Shown: positions 24,692-36,042 of the stretch, piece by piece
How positions within the stretch are numbered: the first letter of the stretch is position 1
How the letters are laid out: each line of letters starts with the position of its first letter
NCBI GenBank assembly: GCA_973851085.1
Contig: OZ316776.1
Span: forward strand, 9,734,001 to 9,798,000
From: Ptychomitrium polyphyllum
Lineage: Eukaryota
Direction of reading: 5' to 3'
DNA length: 64,000 nt
The notes under the pieces: generated by a model
The model's input: only the letters and a program-made list of their open reading frames with translations
Database searches by the model: none
What the model was told of the DNA's origin: nothing
Position numbers and translations under genes: made by a program

Positions 24692-27600
24692 ATGGGAGGC
24701 GAGGCTGATGGGGAGGGAGCCAGGAATGGCGATACGGTTGCCGACGAAGAAGGGCCGATGGTTGGACCAGCGGGTCCGGTGAAGCAGCGTCACAAGCGGC
24801 CTCTTGAGTTTGAGAGGGCGTTCCTTGACGCGCTTCCGTCTGCGCAAATGTAAGTTGAAGGTGTCATTCGACGGAGGCGCCGTTGATGTTGTCTCGTTCT
24901 AGCAGGTCACGTTTCGTACAGAATGAAAATCACTTAATTTGGGCTCTGGTGGGGTTTTGGATTAGGGTTTGGACTTGTGGAAGTTTTGCTGATATGAGGA
25001 TTTTGCATTGGTTTTGAGTTTTAAGTTTTGAGCCTAGCGCATTTTTCTTTCACAGCAGGAATCTTTCGCTTCATAGAGCGTGTTAAATGAACATCTTCCT
25101 GAGATTTCTTGCTTCTCAGGTTGCTGTTTGTTGTTTTACTTTTTGAAGCGTGATAATGTTGGATGTAGGGTTCTGTCCAACATGATTGGTTCTGTGTGAC
25201 AAGTTTTGAATGTAGACATATTACCGGCTGGGAGTGGTTTTGGTGGTGGTTAGATAATTTGAACCTAATCGAGATAGAAATGTATAGTGGACCATGAAAT
25301 AATGTGATGAGGTAATCAACTGTGGGGGATGGTTGGATCACAGGTATGAGAAGAGTTACATGCACCGAGACGTTGTAACTCATCTAGCTGTATCCAGTGC
25401 AGATTTTTTCATCACTGGGAGTTGTGATGGTAATACGTTTCTCCAGTTTGTGAATTTGCTCTTGATCGAAGGCAAGACATGGCATAAGTTAATTGTTGCT
25501 GCTGATAAGCCATCATGGCTAGTTAAAGTTCTTGAAACTTCATCCTGATTAGTGACAAAACTGTCTGCTGGCTGATAAATTTTGAAACGTCCAGGGCATA
25601 TCAAGTTCTGGAAGAAAAAGGGCATGGGCATCGAGTTTGTGAAGCATTTCCGGTCGCACCTGGGTCCCATCTGTGGGCTTTCGGTAAGTTTCTTGTTCAC
25701 TGCCAGGTTACTTTAGCTTGGATCTGTAAGGGACCAGAAATTCGGTCGGATATTTTATTCATGATTTCTATTGCCTTGTAGTTCTTTTTATTTATGTGAG
25801 ACCGTTTCTTTCCGTCTGGACTTCGTTTTGATGATGTTTTTGGGTATGACACATATGCAGCTCGTTTGTGGTCCTTTCAGCTTACATTTTATGTTTTAAT
25901 GTTCAGGTAAGCGCAGATGGGCTGCTTTGTTGCACAATATCTGATGATAAGGATGTCAAAATATACGATGTGGTCAATTACGACATGATGGCCATGCTCA
26001 AATTAACGTTCCATCCGAAGGCAGCTGAGTGGGTGTTCAAGCAAGGTGATGCAAGGGCTAAGCTTGCAATAAGTGACAAAGCATCCCCGTATGTTTACAT
26101 ATTTGATGCACGATCTGGTAGCAATGAGCCAGTTATATCAAAACACATTCATATGGGCCCAATGAATGTCATGAAGTACAGTCCAGCACTGGATATAGTA
26201 GTTTCTGCAGATTCCAAGGCCTTGCTTGAGTATTGGAGTCCTGACACCTTGGAATTCCCTACTCACGGGTATTGAACTTCTTTCCTTCTCCTCACTGTCT
26301 TTTTTGTTTGTAGTTTTGTTTTGTAAGTTCATGCAGACGTTATTTCTATTTTTTAAAGAAATGTGTGGAGGACTTTATTATCTTGATTGTATGGTTTGGC
26401 ACTAATTTGTGGTATTTATCAATTGATGGATCACTATCTTCTTTGGCTCCAGCAAAGTTTAAGATATAAATGCTTGTGAATTGCAAGGTTGGGGTGAATA
26501 AGTACAACGGGGAACGGTAATGACTAAGGGTAATGGTGTAGTTTGCAGTTTAAGTTCAAGACGGAGACTGACCTATACTCTCTTGCGAAAGCGAAGACGA
26601 CTGTGTCCTCCCTGGAGGTTTGTGCTTGTTTCCCTCGTTTTACTTACTTGCTGTTTGTTCACTTAATCTTCATTTATGCTGCATCTGTTAAGAGGGCCAT
26701 AACTTAATGTATAGCTTGATAGCTGCTTTGATTTTCTATTTTGTGGGTTTATCATGAGGCCATGAACTGAGGACATTGTATGAAATGTATCTTATGCTAA
26801 ATGATAGGATTTCTATGTTTTGATGGTAGATTGAGTGGATATCATTGTGGGCAGGTGAGCCCAGATGGAAAACAATTTGTAACTACTTCGCCTGATAGAA
26901 GGATCCGCGTTTTCTGGTTTGTCACTGGAAAATTACGGCGTACTTACGATGAGTCGCTTGAGGTAAGGCGCACCATGATAGCGCCTATGTACTTTGGAGT
27001 TACAGTTATGCATTTAGTTTTAGGATTTAGTTTCGGAGCTTTAGCACCTTCTAAAAAGGTCAGAGATACAACAGTGGATTGAAAGTAAACGCATATGGGA
27101 AAATTTGGTACAGGTTGCTCAAGATCTCCAAAGAAGTGATGCACCATTGTACAGATTGGATGCAATTGATTTTGGGAGGCGTATCGCTGTAGACAGGGAG
27201 ATTGAGAAGACGGAAGGGGTTCCCCCTCCAAATGCAATTTTCGATGAAAGTTCGAATTTTTTGTTATATCCGACCCTTCTTGGCATAAAGGTTGCATATC
27301 TTTACCCACTTAGTTCTGACATGTTCCTCGAACTTTCGTTTTGTAGGCTATACATTCCAAGAAATAGGATGTACAAACCTGTTACTTGCCAATGCTTTCC
27401 AGGTTCATGTTGCACTCATGCTTATTTCTTTAATGTTCATAGTTTTTGATTTGAAATTCAATTTTGTTGTGCAGGTTGTCAATCTGCATACAAATAAAGT
27501 GGCGAGGATTATAGGCAAAGTTGAAAACACAGAGCGCTTTCTTCGGATTGCCTTGTATCAAGGCGGTTTCAGCTCTAAGAAAGTGAAGAAGCTACCTGCT

Positions 27601-29114
27601 GCTGCTGCAAATGTGAATGAACAACGGGAACCGCTGACTGATCCAACATTGCTGTGCTGCGCTTTCAAGAAGCACCGACTTTATCTATTCAGGTATATGA
27701 ATATATACTTGTGCTTACACTAGACCAGACCCTGATCGTCTAGTTTTCTTGTCTGCATTTCCGTGTTATATAATAAAACTAGTCATTTACAGTATGTTAG
27801 TTTCTCTTCGTTCCTTTCTTTTTTAAAGTTATCTTCCAGATGGCCTCAATGACGAGTATATCTGAGACAAGTTATTATTAGTAAGTATTTCTTAATGTGT
27901 TCGTTAAATAGTTATGAAGGTTTCCTTAACGTTGGAAATGTTAAAGAAAAATTTCTGACAAACTTGTTTTTTGACTTGCAGTCGTAGGGAACCCGAAGAT
28001 GCTGAAGATGCTAGCAAAGGGCGCGATGTATTCAATGAGAAACCACCTCCAGAGGAGCTTCTTGCGATTTCTGACATTGGAAAATCTACCACAACTTCGT
28101 TGCCTGAAAATGTGGTATGGACAGGACATTCTCACTTGATGATAATGTTTGATTTTCATAGTCTTCGAATATTTTCATTTAGTTTCACTCTAGTGCGTTT
28201 TGTGGTTGAAGTACTAAACTGCAAAAGGCATTTAATATTTTAGTTCGTGATTGATTATTCTTCATTTACTCCTGGCAATGATGATGTTGGTTTCTTCTTT
28301 GGTATCTTCAGATCATGCATTCCACATTGGGCGATTTGCACATACGTTTGTATCCAGAGGAATGTCCTCGTACTGTCGAAAACTTCACTACCCATTGCCG
28401 AAATGGGTACTATGACAATTTGATTTTCCATCGAGTCATCAAGGGCTTCATGATTCAAACTGGTGATCCTCTTGGGGATGGTACTGGAGGGCAGTCCATT
28501 TGGGGTGGTGAATTTGAGGATGAGTTTCACAAAAGGTATTACCTCGATTTGCAACCTTTATGTCTTTTTTCCGACCTCTGATGCTTCATTTTAAAACTAC
28601 AGACACTATTCTTTGAGCTTAGGGACAGGTCACAGAATCTTTTCTGTTTGAAATGATTCTGTTTTAATTTTGAATTGCTGCTTATTTGATACACCTGAAG
28701 TGACTTGCTTGCACATTGGTGTGTGCAGTTTGCGGCATGATCGACCCTTCACAGTATCCATGGCCAACGCAGGACCAAATACAAATGGGTCACAGTTTTT
28801 TATAACGACAGTTGCTACCCCATGGCTGGACAATAAACACACTGTTTTTGGACGTGTTGTGAAAGGCATGGACGTTATTCAGGTGAGTTGTTATCCAAGA
28901 CTTATCATATATTTTCAATTACTTCCCTTGCTCAGTGCTTTTGTTTTTTTCTCCAGTTTTAGCCATGTGGTAGGGAAATTATGTTGAAATTATGCGTCGC
29001 TGATTACTGGACTTTCTTGGCGTGCTTCAGGCTATTGAGAAGGTGAAGACAGACAGGAATGACAAGCCATACACAGACGTAAAAATTTTGAATGTTACTG
29101 TACCAAAATCATAG
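24692..29114 (+). CDS. CYP71: WD40-repeat cyclophilin-type peptidyl-prolyl isomerase (CYP71 / PPWD1 orthologue); multi-exon
   Basis: Exon 1 encodes [19 protein letters not shown], followed by [15 protein letters not shown]40 exons: [44 protein letters not shown]. Cyclophilin domain: [69 protein letters not shown]. Stop TAG at 29112-29114. Confidence 0.95.
24961..24970 (-). promoter_or_regulatory. Telo-box (AAACCCTAAT) in the first intron of CYP71
   Basis: ATTAGGGTTT on the + strand. A related AACCCTAG lies just upstream of the ATG at ~24577-24584. Confidence 0.4.
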
Positions 29115-29478
29115 CCCGCATTTTATGTTCATGCGTGGTTGGGCTTCTGTAGCATCTGCTTTGTATATCAGTTATTCATTCTTTTACTTGGAAGATATAT
29201 CTGGTGCTTCAACACATTTGGCTACCATGGTCATTTAAAGATTGTTGAAGTGATCATTATGACTGGTCTATTTAGTCATCATCTTCCAATTTTATATCTT
29301 CCTACTTTACGCCTTTACTATTGATGCTCATAAATAATTTAAAACTCACGTTTGATTCGATACATTGTCTAAATAAGAGCCTTATCAAAATTTCAAAAGT
29401 CAGTGATTATCTTTAGAAACACATTGACTTGAAATTTATAACTAACTATTAAAGAACAATTGCTTGTAATAGATAGAG

Positions 29479-31340
29479 CTATAAAACGAGGCCATCTAGT
29501 TTTTCAAAGATATCTTCAAAAGTTGGCCTCTGAAGGATTCGCATCCCAACAAGAAGTGATAACAGCTTCAAGTAAGGGATTCAAATCCGGTGGCCACTGA
29601 GGTCTCTCTCCATCCAATACAAGGGCAAATGCCTCAATAAAACGATCTTCATAATCTTCGTAAAGATTACGACCAGTCACAAGCTCACACTAGTCATGCC
29701 ATAGCTGTAAACATCGCACTTCTCTGTGACCTTCAGCATTCTTTCTTTTTTGTAAAATTTAAACTAATTTAAATTTTCTATTTTTTTTCAATAGATTTTA
29801 ATGATTTTTATTAAAATGAAATAAAAAAATTTAAATTAAATTAAATTACAGAAAACAAGTGAGATGTTGGAACTTTCTCCGTAAACTGTAGAAGAATCTC
29901 GGGTGCTCTCCACAAGCCGGTCCCCACCACCCCAACTGAACACTCCCAATCAAACACAGTTATTAGGTACGTAGTTCTATGAATTCCTTTCTTTAACAAA
30001 TACGGCCCATCTGTTTGTGAATCAGGTTCTACAAGTACGTTTGCTGCATTAAGGTCTTTATGAAGGACAGGAGGACGTTGCGCATGCAAGACATGCATAT
30101 CCTTTGCTATATAGAACATGAGATATAAGATCTGGTTGTTAGGGAAGTGAGGGCCTTGGTTGAAGGACGAGTAGATCATTTCGTGATCGATCAACTTGCG
30201 CAAATCTCCCCAAGCCCTATCCATCACAAAGGTAAATTTGTCCTTGAACTTCTCATCTGTCAACAACGTCGCACAAACATAAGAAATGGCAAGACCTGGT
30301 GAACGTAAACGTCACCCCCTCTCTGATGCCACTGCAAGAGAATTGGGGGGATGTGGTTTTTCAAGGTCCTGGAGGACACTCTCGCCCTTGAACACCTTCA
30401 CCACCACAGCAGCACCACCGTAACTAGTAGCAGCGTAAATCTCCGGTTGCCCTCCCTCCGCAAGCTTCTTACCCACCACCAGATCATTCCACCACCGCTC
30501 CCTTCCAAACTAAGACTTATGTAGTACTCTCTCATATTTCTGCTCAGAAATTTGCTGAAAGACGAGCTGTTTCCTTCATGCACATACCTTCTTCGCTTCA
30601 GCAAGTCAAAATACTCGCGGTTTGTCCCACCCGAATGCTCTGTCTTCGACAAGGTGGCAGTGTCCAGTTGGCTCCAGTGCACTTTTGAGGACACTATCTC
30701 AAACTCCAAATTGGTGCAGAACTCATCTCTTTTCTCGATCATGCGCTGAATGTGTGTAGAGTGGATCTCTACCAGCTTCGCACTACTGCCTGGATTATCT
30801 GAGGCAGAGCAGGGCATGTCACATGTAAGACCTCTTTGATGGTGTCGATCCACAAAGAGATTCTGGCAGATTCCGCGCACAGACAGTGAAGCAGCAAGTT
30901 CTCTTAAGACAACTGAAGAATGTCCAATCCACCACTGAAGAACCAGTGCCACGGTCTGCCCCATTCCTAAAGTACCTGAACTTCAACAAACTCTTGTCCC
31001 TCAAAAATTCGGCAACAGGTTGCACATGGTGATCACAACTTCTTGCGAATCGTAGACGGACCTCATCAACCAAACATGCGAAGTTCTATATCAACTCTCA
31101 ACACGAGATCGAGTACCCGGAGACGTGAAGGGAACAATTCTTACGTGCGAACCACGTTGTATGGCTTCTCCAACCTCACGACTCCAACACCCGCTTGCTC
31201 CCCCAACAATCCCAACTCAGTATATCCGTACGTTCTTCCAAGTTCGGACGTAATAGTGCCCAACGAATTCAATCTATCATGCACATTGTAAACTTCTCTG
31301 AGCAATTTTGAAAACTAGAGCAAAGTAAGCTTCTGCCACC
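29479..31340 (-). pseudogene. Ser/Thr (Raf-like/TKL-type) protein kinase pseudogene with an N-terminal extension
   Basis: Kinase subdomains spread over several frames: KKLAEGG-QPEIY, VVVKVFK, WGDLRKLID, HKDLNAANVLV, DWECSVGVVGTGLWRAPEIL, KCDVYSYGM, GERPQWP, SCWDANP. It has multiple frameshifts, an altered HRDLK motif and an AT-rich insertion at 29751-29850. The 5' boundary is approximate. Confidence 0.85.
29751..29850. mobile_element. ~100-bp AT-rich foldback/MITE-like insertion within the kinase pseudogene
   Basis: Left arm TGTAAAATTTAAACTAATTTAAATTTTCTATTTT matches the reverse complement of the right arm (TGTAATTTAATTTAATTTAAATTTTTTTATTTC). It sits between kinase subdomains VIII and IX. 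Confidence 0.55.
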
Positions 31341-31759
31341 ATGACAAAGTTCCACTGTTAATGTTTGCATTTCAACTTGTGCATGCAGCAGAACATCTCG
31401 ACAACAGACGATTGTCCTCATTTTTGATAGTGACTTTTCTTACTTTTAGTTGTAGAGTTACGCCTTGGGAAGCTAAGACTCATCACCAGAGCAATCCAAT
31501 GCAGCCAGCCAGAGCCTTGGAATTTTCCTCCATCACATATGGTGAGGACATTGATTTCGCTCAGGTGATTATTTTAACGAGAAGTTGATTGGTTTCCGTC
31601 CAAAAATCACAATCATGCCGTTAATATAGGAGACTGTTTGCAATGGCTGTTGATGAGAAGGGGTAGAAGTAATTACATCTTAGGCTTGGAAGTGTCCTTA
31701 TCACTATTGATCATTCTTCATAAACTAGTCTCAAGTCATCCGAATTCCACTGGAACTTT

Positions 31760-33020
31760 GAGCCTTCAACACCAACAGCTCCAACAAAGGCCTCAATACG
31801 ACCCTGTCTGTTTGTTTGTGTTGTCTAGTATCTTCACACTGTTTACACCAGAACTCAGAACGTATTGCAAGACCTCTCCCATACCTTTTGCAGCTCAAAA
31901 TGCAAGCCCTCCCTTGGGCTTCTTAACATTGAGTCCATTTTCTTCCAACTTCTGTTGGGTAACAACCTTCCCATGGTGATCTACATGGTCATCTACATGG
32001 TCATCTACATGGTCATCTACATGGAACAACTACACCTCCTGGTTGCTAGGCGGAGGAACTTGTGAGGTGAAGTTGTTAAGAATTATGAACTAAGTAAAGA
32101 TCTCCATGACCTCTTAGCCTAAAAGAAAGGGCTTTTCAATTAGATTGGATTCTAAATGGTTGGTGCTAGAATTTTACACCATGATGCAAAATTGGATTGT
32201 TGACAAAATTGACTAACATTGCAATTAGAAGATTGAGTATTGACCTTGTTAAATCCCCATTTTTAATATTGGCAAAAATTGTTGTGGTATTAAATAGGAT
32301 TCCAATATTGTTTGTTCTCTACAAGAAGTCTTCAAGCTATAGTTAGACTTTTGTAGAAGAAATTCACTTCCTTTACCATAAACTTCACTTTATTTTTAGA
32401 ACCCTCAATAAGTCAATCAAATGTAGTCTACAAATTGATATAATCATGTTTTTTTATATAAAGATTAATCCCTTTTTCTTTTTTAATGCTTTAAGCAAAA
32501 CCTGGTTCTCTAATTTAAAGAACTTAGATTTGGCTAATTTTTTGCTATCTAAGATAATTTGATTATCTTGCCTAAATAAACCATCCAAATCTTGTATTAT
32601 TATATTGATTCTTTTTTAGGTTAATTTTATTGTATCTATAATATTTAAAAGTTAAGAAAATTTTAATTGATGTATTTGCCATATTTTGTAATCCATTTTC
32701 AAAGAGTCTAGAAACTTAATCACAAATTTACACTCTTAATCTCATGACAACATATGTTGAATCTTTTCTTACTTGGAAATTATTAAAGCAATTAAACTAT
32801 AAAAAGAAGATTTTGGGATTTTTTTCCAAATGATAGCAAAAATATGCAGCCAATCTTTAAAAATTAGCTACCTTTAAAGGCTTTTAAAATAGTAACATAT
32901 CTAATTGATTATTGATACAAAACCAATAACTATGCTTGTTACTTGTTCATTGTATAAAAGGCCTTGCCTTATATTTGTTGCATTCATGTTGTTTTCATTT
33001 TCTTACTTTGTCCTTCTAAT
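31760..33020 (-). mobile_element. Degenerate Ty3/gypsy gag-like remnant
   Basis: The minus strand shows a decayed zinc-knuckle-like WCKQCEDTRQH (~31830-31855) and FKG...DWL-like gag traces (~32840-32880), with many stops in AT-rich sequence. Confidence 0.35.
31972..32024. repeat. 12-bp tandem repeat (catggtcatcta) x4.4
   Basis: Read directly; it produces the MVIY x4 translation in the ORF track. Confidence 0.9.
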
Positions 33021-35484
33021 TTTTAAATTTATAAATACTAACTAAGTACTGGTAATCACTTAGCAAAGCAAATATTAATTGAAATCAAAAGAAAACATAC
33101 AGTTCTTAGGTATGTTAAGTATTATATTTGGATGCATAATGAAATGGATTATCATTTTGAAAAAACATATATTATTTTGTGAATGTGTTTTATATTTTTA
33201 TTAATTTTTTATCTTTCATTCATTTTATTTTACTCTTTACTATACACTTTTTACTTTTTAAACTTCCTTTTTCATTTATAATTTTGAACTGTTCTTATTT
33301 AATTTGTTATTCAATAGTTCCTAATTAACTTTATTGGTAAGCATGCATGATATTCTATGGTATTTTTGCAAAAATATAAACTAAAAAGATATTTTTATTA
33401 AAATTTAAACCATCATTTTAACTATTTAAAGTTATGAACACAACTTTTTAATTTAATAAATATGAAATCTTCTATAAAATGAAGAAATATCTTCTAGATC
33501 ATATGCAAAAAAAAATTAAAAATTTAAAGTTTTAACGATCTAAAACTAGGATTTACAGAATTTGGATCCAGCTTTTTTATTATAATCATATATTTGTTGT
33601 TCTTTGAACTCAATTTGGACTTGTTGGAATGGGAAAAATGCACTAAACACACATATGAGTTGAAAAAGAATTTTGAATAAAGCAGTGAGTTTAAACTTCT
33701 ATTTCTCCTATTTAATTCAAGTAAATATAGATACATTCTTCTTCATGCCCACGTACTAGATGCTGAATTTTGTAAGGGAAAAGCAAATGGTCATGTGGCC
33801 TAGTCCTGTCAATTTGGCTTGCAGCCCACAAAGATGTGCACACACATACAGTAAAATTCACTTCTATGGCCCACAACATGGAAGCATACTCTAATCAATT
33901 CTTAAAGCACATTCCTCCCAGCCACACAGTACCACATGTCCTCCAGAGACTTGCTTCCTGTAAGAAAATCATTTTGTGGTCATCCTTTTACAAATGCAGC
34001 CCACAACATCATGAGTATCCGCAGGAGATACCCACATCCAAGTTCCAAGCAGCTGAGGTAATGGCCATGATGTGATACAGTTAAGTTTCAACACATTAGT
34101 TAACTTGTGCTGCTGGATGCTTGAGAAGTTGGCTTTCAAAACTTTGAACAGTAAATAACCAAATTTTGTATCGTCAGTATAATGCAAATAGAAGAATGTT
34201 CCAAGCTACAGGAAAACCAAGGTGATGAGCTGATGTGTCATCTCGGCATGGGTCCTGAAATCTTAGGAGCCTGTTGTACTTTTTTTCCTCAAACAGTGTT
34301 TTCCCTCACTGATCATTTATTTATGACTATGAGTTTTTACAGAAGATGAATGTTTTTTGCAAGAGTAAAGGTTTTGATAATATTCATATAATACACCCTT
34401 CATGGACATACGTGCCAAAGTTGTTATTTTGAATGAAAAGTTATAGTCTTCTTTAATCAATTAGTATACGTAACACCAAGCAAATTCCCGCCCTCCGAAC
34501 ATAATTCCCACCCCCATTGCCGTCCCAAAGATCCTACCTACCTACTAACCAAGTAATGTAGCTTCTCCTACCTACCAGTCTTCCTGGGTTCCTGAAAGTG
34601 CCACTGCCCTCTCAAGCAATTTTCTCACATGTGTTATCAATTTTTATGGTACCAGATATTTTTTCTGCTGTGCAAATTTTCAATAAAAAGGTAATAACTC
34701 CAAAAAGTTCTGCTTGTATCTAGGTAGGAAAAGGGGAGAATTCCAAAAAAATTGTAAGAAAAAACATAAAAATCCCCTAGTCTATCGTAGAAGAAACGGA
34801 GGCTGGATGGGGTAATACACTGCTGAATTATCCACATGTAACAGGTATTATGATAGGATGGAGTAATAGTATGATGGCTGTGGAGACTTCCAATTTCTTG
34901 GCAAAAACACACAGTCATGACAGCCTCTTGGGTCTTCATGATATGTAATATCTGATGAGTTGGACCATCTGTGGGATCTACCGTGCCAACTTCCAATGAT
35001 TCTTCAAAGCAACGTCACTGAAGGCCTCACTGAATCTTGAAAGAAATTACAGCAAAAACACAGTATAAACTCACACTTGAACCACACTGAAAAATGAAAA
35101 TTCTGAAAATAAAACCGATGATTTAGACACAAATTACTTTTTGAAAATAGTTTCTGTGCCTGCAAGCCTGCAAGCCTGCACGGTTGCATAACAACCCCTA
35201 GCAGCTGCATTAATCTGCACTACGTTTTTTATAGAAATCTTTGCAAGTATTCTCCTGTAACCACTGTTTAACCGAATTTAGTAATGGCAAAAGAAATAGA
35301 AAAATTCTAGTAATAATTAAGCCGCACAAGAGAAAATTTTGCAAAAACTCCCTAAGGAGTGATTTTATTATGCTAATTGTAACTATTTGTAATAGCTACA
35401 CTTCAGAAACGAAAGGTAGTTTCAAGAAATTAAAATTAAGCTATCTTCAGACCCTAACAATCGACCCGTAGATTTAGCACGTGC

Positions 35485-35800
35485 TCCAAACACAGACCCA
35501 AATACCCACTCAAACATCCACCCAAACACCAATATATGCATTCATACACTCCGTCAACACCCATCCAAGTACCCATCCAAACTCCAACTCAAACATCAGT
35601 CCACATACCAATTCATACACTAAGGCACACATTGATCCAAACACCAACTCAAATACACACTTAAATAATGACCCATACACCACCCCCAACACTGTACTCA
35701 ACACTCACCCAAACTTTAAACCAAACACTCATCCAACCATTCATCCAAGCCTCCATCCAACCGTGGGTCCGAACACCGACCCAAACACCGACCCAAAGCG
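35485..35800. repeat. Degenerate ~12-bp C/A-rich minisatellite (ccaaacaccgac-like) upstream of DGAT1
   Basis: Recurrent CCAAACACC, CCAAACACTCAT and CCAAGTACCCAT units with ~12-bp periodicity. Confidence 0.7.
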
Positions 35801-36042
35801 GGGACTAAAACACGGAGCCAAACACGCAGGCGAAGGAAGAGAAAAGTGCAGAGTGGGGATGGCGTGCAGCGGCACTCGACGTGCATTGTTGTCGGCCCAG
35901 CAGCGAGACATATGATCGTATGTGCCTTTCTCGTCCTCGACGACGTCCTCGCGGTGTTTCTCAAGGATTACCAAGGTGAGGAGTAGCGAGCGATCCAGGG
36001 CGTGGGAGCGCGGGATGGTAGGGCGGGGGATTGGGGAATTGG

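Noticed and set aside
24581..28869. Numerous minus-strand ORFs antisense to CYP71
   Set aside because: They are shadow ORFs of real exons and introns on the + strand.
31865..32065. ORF with MVIY repeats, or a CRISPR-like array
   Set aside because: It is a simple 12-bp tandem repeat with no spacers, in a eukaryotic TE remnant.
35481..35915. 144-aa P/H/T/N-rich ORF as a protein-coding gene
   Set aside because: It starts with GTG and is explained by a stop-poor C/A minisatellite; no domain is recognisable.
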